A stretch of 64,000 bases of DNA, from NCBI GenBank assembly GCA_963730185.1, contig CAVSQW010000008.1:320001-384000 (forward strand). The letters are read 5' to 3'. This stretch comes from an uncultured Gemmatimonadales bacterium (GTDB lineage Bacteria > Gemmatimonadota > Gemmatimonadetes > Gemmatimonadales > GWC2-71-9). The position numbers and the translations under genes are program-made. Every line of letters begins with the position of its first letter. Positions within the stretch are counted from its first letter, which is position 1. Under the pieces are notes generated by a model. That model searched no databases. It saw only the letters and a list, made by a program, of their open reading frames with translations, and was not told the DNA's origin. Shown here one piece after another: positions 1 to 8,542 of this stretch.

Positions 1-261
1 GTAGTAGCGGTCGACCTGCTCCCGGGTCAGGTGGACCCCGACCAGGCGCTCCTCCTCGAGTCGGTCGTCGAGCTCGTCGCGGGTGGGCCCCAGCTCCTCC
101 AACGAGAGCCCCGGCCAGCCGATCCAGAGGCCGTTGGAGTCCCGGTGCGGCGCGCTGAGCCCGGTGGCCAGGCCGCCGCTGCTCCGGTCCAGGGTAAATC
201 CCGGGTCCTTGATCCGGACCGTGATCGGGAGCCGGTTGGAGACGATCAGCAAGCGCCCCAC
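1..261 (-). CDS. otsA: Trehalose-6-phosphate synthase (GT20), N-terminal part, runs off the window edge; may be a TPS/TPP fusion
   Basis: Manual translation from GTG at 261: MGRLLIVSNRLPITV...SSGGLATGL...GLWIGWPG...QVDRYY. The VSNRLP, GGLA and WIGW motifs are typical of OtsA. Not in the ORF track. Confidence 0.85.
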   Translation of the reverse strand, partial: MGRLLIVSNRLPITVRIKDPGFTLDRSSGGLATGLSAPHRDSNGLWIGWPGLSLEELGPTRDELDDRLEEERLVGVHLTREQVDRYY

Positions 262-263
262 GG

Positions 264-2150
264 TCAGACCCAGGCCCGGACCCGGCCGTCCCGGGCTTCC
301 AGCAGCTCGCCGATGGTCATGGCGGCATGAACCAGACCCACGTGGGTGTAGGCCTGCGGGAAGTTGCCCAGGAGGGCACCGGTCTCCGGGTCGACGTCTT
401 CCGAAAAGAGGCCGACCGGGTTGGCGTAGTGGAGCAGCCGGTTGAACGCCTCGATGGCGTCCTCCAGCCGGCCGGTCAGCGCGAGGGCCTCGGCATACCA
501 GAAGGAGCAGATCGTGAAGGCGCTGGTCGGGACGCCCACGTCGTCGGCGTTGAGATAGCGGAAGGTCAGCCCGTGGCGAACCAGGCTCCGCTCGTAGTGG
601 GCCACGGTGGTGACGAAGCGGGGATCGCGGGCGTCGACGATGCCGATGGTGGGAAGGAGCAGATTCGAGGCATCGGCGTTGGTGCCGTCCAAGGCCTGGG
701 TGAAGCAACCTTCGCTGGCGGAGTAGCCCCGCTGGAGGACCGTTTCCCGCTCGGCCTCCGCACACCGCTCCCAGCGCTCGGCATCGGACTTGAAGCCGAG
801 CCGGCGGGCGAGCTTCGCGCCCCGGTGCATCGCGACCCAACACATGGCTCGACTGAAGGTATGGTGACGGAGCATGCTCCGTAACTCCCAGATCCCGGTG
901 TCCGGGGTCGGGGCGCGCTCGATCGCGAGCTCCACCAGGTGCTTGACCAGCGGGTAGTACGACTCGGGCGCCTCGTGGACCACCCGGGGGTCGGTGAGCA
1001 TGGTGTCGAGGCAAAGGATGACCTCGCCCATCAGGTCGTGCTGGGACTGGTTGACGGCCGCGTTGCCGATTCGCACGTGCCCGTTGCCGCCGAAGCCGGC
1101 CAGGTGGGGCAGCATCTCCTCCTGGAGGTCCCGCTCGCCGGCGATCCCGTAGAGCGGCTGGAGCGGTCCCGACTCCACCACGTCGCGGATGTACCGGATC
1201 AGGTGCTCGCCTTCGTTGAGGTGGCTCAGCCGCCGGAGCGCCTCGGCCACGAAGGCGGCGTCGCGGAGCCAGCAGTAGCGGTAGTCCCAGGTTCGCTCGG
1301 TGCCCATCGCCTCGGGGATGCTGGTGGTGGCCGCGGCGATGATCGCCCCGGTGTCCTGCGAGGCGTGGAGCTTGAGGCAGAGCGCCGAGCGGAGCACCGC
1401 GTGCTCAGCGAAGGTCGGCAGCGCGCAGGTCCGGGCCCACTGCCGCCAGCCGGCGACGGTTACGTCGAGGTCGTGGGTGACCGTCGCCAGGGTGGCCGGC
1501 GCGGGCCGGGGCCCGTAGTGCATCGAGACGAAGATCGGATCGGTCAGGGTGAACTCCTGACGGTTGGCCAGATATTCGGCCGGCAGGTTGGTCGCCACGT
1601 GAATCGAGGCCCCGGCGCCGTGGAGGACCATCCCTTCGCCCACCGGCTGCCAGGTGGCCTCCCGCCGGGCATAGTCCGGCCGGGCGTCGAGCTCGAGCGT
1701 GATCCGGGGATGGCCCGCCAGGGGGCGGATCAGCCGGATGCACTCCACCGGACAGGCCGCGGTCAGGCCCTCGGGAAGCCGCGGGGCGAAGTCGATCACC
1801 TCCCAGGCCAGCTCGTCGCGCTGGAACCGGACCCGAGTGACGTTGGTGTTTCGGAGGTAGTCGAGCTCGCCCCGGATCTCCTCACCTCCGGCCAGCACCC
1901 GGAAGGTCCCCCCCCGGCGAGCGTCGAGGATCCGGGCGAACACCGAGGGCGAATCGAACCGTGGCAGGCAGAGCCAGTCGATCGACGCGGAGGGCGAGAC
2001 CAGGCCCAGGACTCGCCCGTTGCCGAAGGCCGCGTAGTCGAGCGGCGCCGGCCGGAGCTTGCTCCGCTCTCCGGTCCCGTTCGGCGTCCGCCGCCCTCGT
2101 CCCCTCCCGTCCCCCCCCGTCTCTCCTTCCCCCTTGGCCGTTTCACCCAT
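264..2150 (-). CDS. Glycoside hydrolase family 15 (trehalase/glucoamylase-like)
   Basis: IDWLCLPRFDSPSVF, AAATTSIPE, WDYRYCWLRDA, GLFSED and LLGNFPQAYTH motifs; directly upstream of otsA. Confidence 0.9.
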   Translation of the reverse strand: MGETAKGEGETGGDGRGRGRRTPNGTGERSKLRPAPLDYAAFGNGRVLGLVSPSASIDWLCLPRFDSPSVFARILDARRGGTFRVLAGGEEIRGELDYLRNTNVTRVRFQRDELAWEVIDFAPRLPEGLTAACPVECIRLIRPLAGHPRITLELDARPDYARREATWQPVGEGMVLHGAGASIHVATNLPAEYLANRQEFTLTDPIFVSMHYGPRPAPATLATVTHDLDVTVAGWRQWARTCALPTFAEHAVLRSALCLKLHASQDTGAIIAAATTSIPEAMGTERTWDYRYCWLRDAAFVAEALRRLSHLNEGEHLIRYIRDVVESGPLQPLYGIAGERDLQEEMLPHLAGFGGNGHVRIGNAAVNQSQHDLMGEVILCLDTMLTDPRVVHEAPESYYPLVKHLVELAIERAPTPDTGIWELRSMLRHHTFSRAMCWVAMHRGAKLARRLGFKSDAERWERCAEAERETVLQRGYSASEGCFTQALDGTNADASNLLLPTIGIVDARDPRFVTTVAHYERSLVRHGLTFRYLNADDVGVPTSAFTICSFWYAEALALTGRLEDAIEAFNRLLHYANPVGLFSEDVDPETGALLGNFPQAYTHVGLVHAAMTIGELLEARDGRVRAWV

Positions 2151-2841
2151 AGGTCACGCCCGGGTAGAGCAGGTTCACGACCAAGAGGAAGATCGGATTG
2201 ATGATCTGATCGAAGAGCTGCCAGGCGACGAGCAGCCCGATCCAGGCGAGCGCCGGCCGTCCCCAGATGAATTGCTGATAGCGGGCCGTGGCCCGGTCGC
2301 TCAGCAGGAGCGGGACCGCGCCCGAGCCGTCGAGTGGTGGGAGCGGCAGCAGGTTGAGCGCTCCCAGGAGGAGGTTGAGGCAGAGGAAGACGCTCACCAG
2401 AAACGCCACCCCCTCCCAGGCGCCGCCGTGCGCCCCGACGATGTGTCCGAAGCGGATCGACGAGGGTGGGAAGAACACCCCGGCCGCGACCCCGATCCGG
2501 ATCGCCGCGAAGGAGATCAGGGCCAGCAGGAGGTTCGACGCTGGCCCGGCCAGGGCCATCAGCGCGGCCCGCTTGGGATGGCGCATGGCCCATTGTGGAT
2601 CGTAAGGCGCGCTGGCGAATCCAAACGGCCAGCCCGAGAGGACCACGCTGATCAGCGGCAGCACCACCATGCCGAACGGCTCCCGGCGGATGTGCGGGCG
2701 CGGATCGAGCGAGACCTGGCCGCCTCGGTAGGCGGTCAGGTCACCGCCCCGCTTGGCGGCCCAGGCGTGGGCCGCCTCGTGCAGGGTGGTGGAGAAGAGG
2801 AATACGATGTAGTAGACCAGCCCGCTCGCAAGATCTGGCAT
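2143..2841 (-). CDS. Site-2 protease family (peptidase M50) membrane metalloprotease
   Basis: HEAAH zinc motif, AGPASN and NLLPLPPLDG motifs, hydrophobic helices. Confidence 0.9.
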   Translation of the reverse strand: MPDLASGLVYYIVFLFSTTLHEAAHAWAAKRGGDLTAYRGGQVSLDPRPHIRREPFGMVVLPLISVVLSGWPFGFASAPYDPQWAMRHPKRAALMALAGPASNLLLALISFAAIRIGVAAGVFFPPSSIRFGHIVGAHGGAWEGVAFLVSVFLCLNLLLGALNLLPLPPLDGSGAVPLLLSDRATARYQQFIWGRPALAWIGLLVAWQLFDQIINPIFLLVVNLLYPGVTYG

Positions 2842-2957
2842 GGCATGGGGTTGGGGTCACGGTGTCAGGGTACCGGGATCCCAGCGAAGATGGGGGGGCG
2901 GCGAGGGCAGGGGAAGGGAGCGGTGGGCGGGCCGGACCTGGCCTGCCCGTCCGTCGG

Positions 2958-3389
2958 CTACCTCAGGAGAGCGCCAGGACCGCCAGCGTCGCGATGATCG
3001 GGCCGGGCGACCCCGAAGGCAAGGGTCACGGCGGGCGCGCTGGTCGCATGTCCCGAGGGGAACGAAAATCGGTCGGGGTCGGCGATCAGCCGGGTTCCCG
3101 GCGAGGTGGAGGACGGGCGGGCCCGATGCACGAACTGCTTGACCACCTGGACCGCCAGGTGCGAAAGGACCAGCGCCGCGCCGGCTCGGATGCCGGCCGA
3201 CCGGGAGGCGCCGCCCAAGGCGGTGGGGATCAGGACGCTGACGATCGTCACCACCGCACTCCCGAGCCGGGTGATCGCGGTCCAGAGCCGGCGGACCGGC
3301 GCAGCGCCCTCGGTGGTGAGGGCCAGCCGCTCGAGCCAGCCCTGGTCGAGCAGGTTGTGACGGGTCAGTAGAACGGGCAGCGGCCGCAT
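2958..3389 (-). pseudogene. Truncated or degenerate PAP2-family phosphatase
   Basis: Has motif 1 (KQFVHRARP) and motif 2 (SFPSGH). The frame then drifts, a hydrophobic continuation (PIIATLAVLALS*) lies in another frame, and motif 3 (SRxxxxxHxxxD) is absent. Confidence 0.6.
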
Positions 3390-3743
3390 GGCACCACTCG
3401 GTCGAAGACGCGTCCAACGACCTCGGCCCGGCGCTTGGCCGACGGGGCGCGACGGCGCGAGGTTCGGGGCTCGCTCGAGTATGCGATCGACGTGTGGGCT
3501 TTGGGCTTCGGCTGGGACGCGGAGCTGGACCGGCTCGACGCGAGCTACCGCCGGCTGCTCACGCCAGCGGCCTCGAGCGAGCCGGCATCCCGGCTGGCGG
3601 CTGTGGCGGGCTGAACCGGCGGCCTCGTCGTCGCCGGCGATCGTCGCGAGCTCGGGCGGGACCAACGATCCGGCCCGCCGGGTGGGCCGCCCGGCGGGTC
3701 TGGTCGCGGAGAGGGACGGACCGACGGGGGGCGGGCCTCCGGG

Positions 3744-4709
3744 CTACCGCGCCGGCGGCGGGGTGGGCCGAGCCCCGCCCTCCGGGGTCGCGATCCGGCG
3801 GGTGTCCGGTTCCGCGCTCGCCGCCGGCTGTCCGAGCATTGTCGACCCGCCCACCAGGCCCATCAGCGACGGCGCGTTCAGGGAATCCGCCAACCCCGAG
3901 GGGACCACCATCAGCGAGCCGCGCTTGACGATGCTCTCGTAGAGCATGTTCATGGCCCGGAGGGTCATCGCCTCGGGATGGTCGCGGTAGGCGGCGGCCG
4001 CCTCGACGAACTTGTGGGCGATCTCCGTCTCGGCGGTGCCCAGGATGATCCGGGCCTGGCGCTCCCGCTCGGCCTGTGCCTGGCGGGACATCGCGTCCTC
4101 GAGTGCGGCGGGGATGATCACGTCGCGGATCTCGACCGACTGCACGTCGATCCCCCAGTTCGCCATCTTGTTTTCGAGCGCCACCCGGAGCCCGTGGCCC
4201 AGCTCCACCCGGGACTGGATCAGCTCGGCCAGGTCGTGCTTGCCGATGGCGTCCCGGAGGGCGGTCTGGGCCGAGAGGATCACGGCCTCGTCGTAGTCCT
4301 GGACTTCGAGGGCGGCCCGTTCCGCGTCGCGGACGATCCAGAACGCGATCGCATCGACGTTGACCGGGACGGTGTCCCGGGTCAGGCAGGACTCGGCCCC
4401 GAACGCCGCGGTCCGGATCCGGGTGTCGACGTGATACGAGACCCGGTCGAGGATCGGGAAGACGGCGAAGTAGCCGGGGCCTCGGAGCCCCCGATAGCGG
4501 CCCAGCCGGAGCAGGACGGCCCGCTCCCACTGGTCGGTGTACTTGATCGAGGCCATCAGGAAGAGCCCGACGGCGAGCCCGCCCGCAGCCACGATCGGTG
4601 CGGGCAGGCCGAGCAAGTAGAGCCCGCCCGCGACCCCGGCGCCCCCGATCAGCCCCGCCGCGATCGCGGCAAAGGAGTATCGGGTGTCGGTCGGCGTGTG
4701 TTTGGTCAT
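3744..4709 (-). CDS. SPFH/band 7 (stomatin/slipin-like) protein
   Basis: N-terminal TM segments, ERAVLLRLGR, LTRDTVPVNVDA, AQTALRDAIG and MSRQAQAERERQAR coiled coil. Confidence 0.9.
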   Translation of the reverse strand: MTKHTPTDTRYSFAAIAAGLIGGAGVAGGLYLLGLPAPIVAAGGLAVGLFLMASIKYTDQWERAVLLRLGRYRGLRGPGYFAVFPILDRVSYHVDTRIRTAAFGAESCLTRDTVPVNVDAIAFWIVRDAERAALEVQDYDEAVILSAQTALRDAIGKHDLAELIQSRVELGHGLRVALENKMANWGIDVQSVEIRDVIIPAALEDAMSRQAQAERERQARIILGTAETEIAHKFVEAAAAYRDHPEAMTLRAMNMLYESIVKRGSLMVVPSGLADSLNAPSLMGLVGGSTMLGQPAASAEPDTRRIATPEGGARPTPPPAR

Positions 4710-4754
4710 GGTTCCCTCTCCGTTCAGGAATACCGGCTGAATGTGGGTCGTCGC

Positions 4755-6041
4755 CTAACGAGTTCGGGCCGGCCGGATCGACTCGCGCCGGGGCCGGGTG
4801 CTCCGGGGCCGGATCAGGTGCGAGGGCGGCGGTTCCCGGTCAGGCACGCGGGCCAGCCCCATCTCGATCGGGAGCGCCACCTTCACCAGGACGGTCAGGA
4901 CCAGGAGCCCCAACGCCCAGACGCCGGCGGTGACCCCGAGCTCCGCCGGCGAGGGCCGGTACTCGACGATCTCGCCGAGGGGCGATGGGATGAAGCCGGG
5001 GATCACCAGCCCGATACCTTTCTCGATCCAGATCCCGATGAAGAGGAGCACGCACGCCGGGAGGAGCAGCCGCGGATTGCGCCGAATCGGGTGCACGGTC
5101 AACGCGAGCGTGGCGCCCAGGTTGAGCCCGATCCCGGTCCAGATCCAGGGCCGGAGCGCCGAGTGTCCGTCCAGGCCGAAGAAGAGGTACCAGGCGCTCA
5201 GTCCGTGGTGGGTCGGCCAGTAGAACTCATAGAAGAGCTCCGAGCCGAGCATCACCAGGTTGATCTGGGCGGCCACGGTGGTGATCAGGGCCAGCTTGGC
5301 AAAGGCGCCCTCGCCGATCTGATAGCCGGTCTGGCGCTGAATGACCGAGAGCAGGACGATCACGAACGCGGGCCCGGCCGTGAAGGCCGAGGCGAGGAAA
5401 CGGGGGCCTAGAAGGGCGGTGTTCCAGAAGGGCCGGGCCGGGAGCCCCGCGAGGAGGAACGCGGTCACCAGGTGAATGCTCACCGCCCACATGACCGCCA
5501 GGTACATCCAGGGCAGGTATTTGCGCTTCTCCGGCTTCCGGCCGCCGAAGTGGCTGTAGAGGATGTAGAACGGGATCGCCAGGTTGAGGGCGAGATACCC
5601 GTTCAGCACGATCACGTCCCAGGAAAGCATCGAGCGGGGCCAGTTGAGGAACCCGAGGCCCGGGACGAGATGCCAGCTGGCCAGCGGGTTACCGATGTCG
5701 ACCACCACGAAGAGCAGGCACATCACCAGGGCCGAGACCGCCACGCCTTCCGCGATCAGCACCGCCCGGCCGAAATCCACGTCCTCGAAGACGTAGGCCG
5801 GGAGGACCAGCATCATTGCCGCGGCCGCGAGGCCGACCAGGAAGGTGAAGTTCGAGATGTAGAGTCCCCAGCTCACGTGATCGTTCATGCCCGTCACGCT
5901 CAAGCCGTAGCGGAGCTGGAGGGAGTAGCAGTAGGCGCCGGTCAGGATGATCGCGGTCAGGACGCCCATCCAGACGTGGTAGCGGCGTCCCCCGGTGGTG
6001 GCGGAGCGCAGCGCGGTGGTCACGAAGGCCTTGAGATACAC
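4755..6041 (-). CDS. NrfD/PsrC/DsrP-family integral membrane quinone-interacting subunit
   Basis: Multi-TM protein with TGMNDHVSWGLYISNFTFLVGLAAAA, VDIG, SMLSWD and WIEKG motifs; follows an NrfC-like gene. Confidence 0.85.
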   Translation of the reverse strand: MYLKAFVTTALRSATTGGRRYHVWMGVLTAIILTGAYCYSLQLRYGLSVTGMNDHVSWGLYISNFTFLVGLAAAAMMLVLPAYVFEDVDFGRAVLIAEGVAVSALVMCLLFVVVDIGNPLASWHLVPGLGFLNWPRSMLSWDVIVLNGYLALNLAIPFYILYSHFGGRKPEKRKYLPWMYLAVMWAVSIHLVTAFLLAGLPARPFWNTALLGPRFLASAFTAGPAFVIVLLSVIQRQTGYQIGEGAFAKLALITTVAAQINLVMLGSELFYEFYWPTHHGLSAWYLFFGLDGHSALRPWIWTGIGLNLGATLALTVHPIRRNPRLLLPACVLLFIGIWIEKGIGLVIPGFIPSPLGEIVEYRPSPAELGVTAGVWALGLLVLTVLVKVALPIEMGLARVPDREPPPSHLIRPRSTRPRRESIRPARTR

Positions 6042-6048
6042 GGTCGCC

Positions 6049-7026
6049 TCAGTCGGAGAAGTACCAGAACCGCGGTTCCGTGCCGAGATCTTCCTTCAAT
6101 CGGAAGATCTTCTTGTTCGCCAGCACCCAACGAATCTCCGAATCGGGGTCGAGCAGGTTGCCGAACACCCGGGCCCCGGTGGGGCAGGCTTCGGCGCACG
6201 CCGGGAGCCGCCCTTGCCGGGTGCGGTGGATGCAGAAGGTGCATTTCTCCACCACGCCCATCTTCCGGGCCCGGTTGCCGAGGTAGTGCTGATTGGTGTT
6301 CACCTCGTTCACGGGCACCTTGGGCTCGGCCCAGTTGAAGCGCCGGGCCCAATAGGGGCAGGCCGCCATGCAGTACCGGCACCCGATGCACCAGTCGTAG
6401 TCGATCACCACGATGCCGTCCGGCTCCTGCCAGGTGGCCCCCACCGGGCAGACCCGGGTGCAGGGCGGATCGGCGCATTGGAAGCACTGGGTTCCGAGAT
6501 AGAAGTGCCCTTCGGCGGGGACCTCGTGCTGGAAGGTCGCGTCGGCGTGATCGAGGTTCACCTCGCCCTCGGACATCTCGAAGATCCGGATGTACATGGT
6601 GTCGGCGTCGCGATCGAGGTTGTTCTCGTTGATGCAGGCCTCGACGCAGTTCCGGAACCCCTGGCACTTCGAGATGTTGAAGGCGTAGCCGAAGAGCACG
6701 CCGGGTTGAGCTTCGGTCGACTGGATTCGGACCTCGAGCCCCTCCCGCAGCTTGGCCAAGCGCTCCAGCCGGGCGATGGTGTCGGTCCGCTCGCCCTCGG
6801 TCATGAACCGGTAGTTGCCCTTGATGTACTCCTGCCAGGCCAGCCGCTTGATCTCCCGCTCTTCGGGTGGGCCGGCGGCCAGGGGCCGGCAGGCGTTGAG
6901 GGCCTGGGCCCCGGCGGCGAGCCCGCCCGCCAGCAGGGACAAAGCCCGGCGCCGGTCGACCGGCTTCTCGAGCAGGGTGCTCGGCTCGGGGGGCGTGCCG
7001 CCCCGATCGGCTCGGTCGGTGCTCAT
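6049..7026 (-). CDS. NrfC/DsrO-like 4Fe-4S dicluster protein with Tat-like signal
   Basis: DRRRALSLLAGG twin-arginine leader. Cys clusters CQGFRNCVEAC, CFQCADPPCTRVCP, CIGCRYCMAACP and CTFC...PACAEACP. Confidence 0.85.
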   Translation of the reverse strand: MSTDRADRGGTPPEPSTLLEKPVDRRRALSLLAGGLAAGAQALNACRPLAAGPPEEREIKRLAWQEYIKGNYRFMTEGERTDTIARLERLAKLREGLEVRIQSTEAQPGVLFGYAFNISKCQGFRNCVEACINENNLDRDADTMYIRIFEMSEGEVNLDHADATFQHEVPAEGHFYLGTQCFQCADPPCTRVCPVGATWQEPDGIVVIDYDWCIGCRYCMAACPYWARRFNWAEPKVPVNEVNTNQHYLGNRARKMGVVEKCTFCIHRTRQGRLPACAEACPTGARVFGNLLDPDSEIRWVLANKKIFRLKEDLGTEPRFWYFSD

Positions 7027-7736
7027 GGCTCGGGCCTTTGGCGTGGCTCCAGCTCCGGCGCTCGGAAGGGAATCCGAGGCTCGACGGCCGGCGAATGGGG
7101 GTTGTGGCAGTCACTGCAGCCCATCACCACCCGCCGGCCCTGCCAGCCGTCGAGCCGCTTGCCGTGGGCACCGTGGGCCCAGGCCCGAACCTGCGCGAAG
7201 TGGCACTGGGCGCAGAGGCGGTAGGCGTGGTCCAGCGGCGGCCGCTCGCCGTTGAGCAGAGCCAACCGCTCGACGTTCTCGCGGGAGTGGCAGGTGGAGC
7301 ACACCGCACCGGTCGCCTTGGGGTGGACCGGCTGGATGTTCTGGTGGGCGTCGGGTACCCGCTTGGCGGCCATGGCCAATCGAGTGCCGGCGTGGCACGA
7401 GCTACAGGGGTACTGGGTCAAGGCCGGCGATTGCCGGAGTGTGATCGGGAGGGTGATGGTGCCGAACCGCCGGGCGTGTCCCGCCCGGGCCTCGGCGCTC
7501 CGGAGCGCGACCTCGAACGGACGCCCGACGTAGGTCGGCCCGAGGTTCACGGGCTCGGAGGCCACCGTGTGGAGGGCCCCCGGCTCCCGGGTGGCGTAGC
7601 GGCCGGTATCGACGGCCATCGTGTCGGGCCCGAGGGCCGGCTCGGCCGGGACCTCGTTCGGGGTCCGGCCGCTCCGAGAGCAGCCAACGGTCAGGAGGGC
7701 CAGTCCGGTCCAGGCGGCCCGGTGAAGCATCGTCAT
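7023..7736 (-). CDS. Tetraheme cytochrome c lipoprotein
   Basis: ATG overlaps the upstream stop (ATGA); lipobox LTVGC; CSSCH, CSTCH, CAQCH, CSDCH. Confidence 0.85.
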   Translation of the reverse strand: MTMLHRAAWTGLALLTVGCSRSGRTPNEVPAEPALGPDTMAVDTGRYATREPGALHTVASEPVNLGPTYVGRPFEVALRSAEARAGHARRFGTITLPITLRQSPALTQYPCSSCHAGTRLAMAAKRVPDAHQNIQPVHPKATGAVCSTCHSRENVERLALLNGERPPLDHAYRLCAQCHFAQVRAWAHGAHGKRLDGWQGRRVVMGCSDCHNPHSPAVEPRIPFRAPELEPRQRPEP

Positions 7737-8542
7737 CGGGTGGCCTCGACCCGGTCGTCGGTGGTGGCCGGCCGGGCGAATGCCGGCGGATCGGCACTGA
7801 TCGCCACGTGACAGTCCCGGCAGGCCGCCCGGTCGGGATGGGTCGTCCGGATCTCCTGCACCGCGGCCGGCCCGGCGTGACAGGCGAGACAGTTGCCCCG
7901 GATCTGGAGGTCGTGCGGAATCCACGGCGGGTTCTCTCCCGGGGTGATCGGTTGGAGCGCCGGCCAGACCGTCGTGTTCCACTCGGACGGCGGGTTGGCG
8001 CGAGGATTATTGGGGTCGTGGCACTGCTTGCAGATGGTGTTGGGGTCGATGCTCGGGAGCGTGACGCCGGTGATGCCGTCGACGCCGACGTGGCATTGCA
8101 GGCACGGGCCCATCTGGGGGTGCGGCGTCACCGGCACGTAGGCCCCGAACCGGGGGGAGTAGCCGCCGCGCTCGTGACAGGTGGTGCAGGCGCCGCTTCG
8201 AAACTCTTCGCCGGTCAGACCGTGGGGAATCTGGGGCGGCGCCCCGGGGTAGGCGCGGCGGGTCCGGTAGATGTGAAGCGTGCGCGGCTTGGCGGGCCGG
8301 CGGGCGACGTCAAACTTCCAGATCGCGAGGGTCTTGGGGCCGGTGCGAAAGACGTCGGCCTCACTGGTGATCGGGTGCTCGGGCGGGGTGAGGAGGGCCA
8401 CCGCCGTGTCAGGCTCGCTCGGGGGCCGGGCCGCGAGGGCCCGCTGCGCGAAGATCACCCCGGCGGCCGCGGCGGTTGCGGCGGATCCGAGCATCGCCAG
8501 GCCGAAGAGCACGCCGCCGGTGGTCCAGCCCCGGACGCTCAC
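7733..8542 (-). CDS. NapB-like periplasmic cytochrome c, 5-heme form
   Basis: GTGA overlap with the napA-like stop; hydrophobic leader; RAYPGAPPQIPH motif; CTTCH, CLQCH, CKQCH, CLACH, CRDCH. Confidence 0.8.
   Translation of the reverse strand: MSVRGWTTGGVLFGLAMLGSAATAAAAGVIFAQRALAARPPSEPDTAVALLTPPEHPITSEADVFRTGPKTLAIWKFDVARRPAKPRTLHIYRTRRAYPGAPPQIPHGLTGEEFRSGACTTCHERGGYSPRFGAYVPVTPHPQMGPCLQCHVGVDGITGVTLPSIDPNTICKQCHDPNNPRANPPSEWNTTVWPALQPITPGENPPWIPHDLQIRGNCLACHAGPAAVQEIRTTHPDRAACRDCHVAISADPPAFARPATTDDRVEATR

Noticed and set aside
4755..7026. dsrOP / sulfate reduction call
   Set aside because: NrfCD-family similarity only; no dsrAB, dsrMK or dsrJ in the window.
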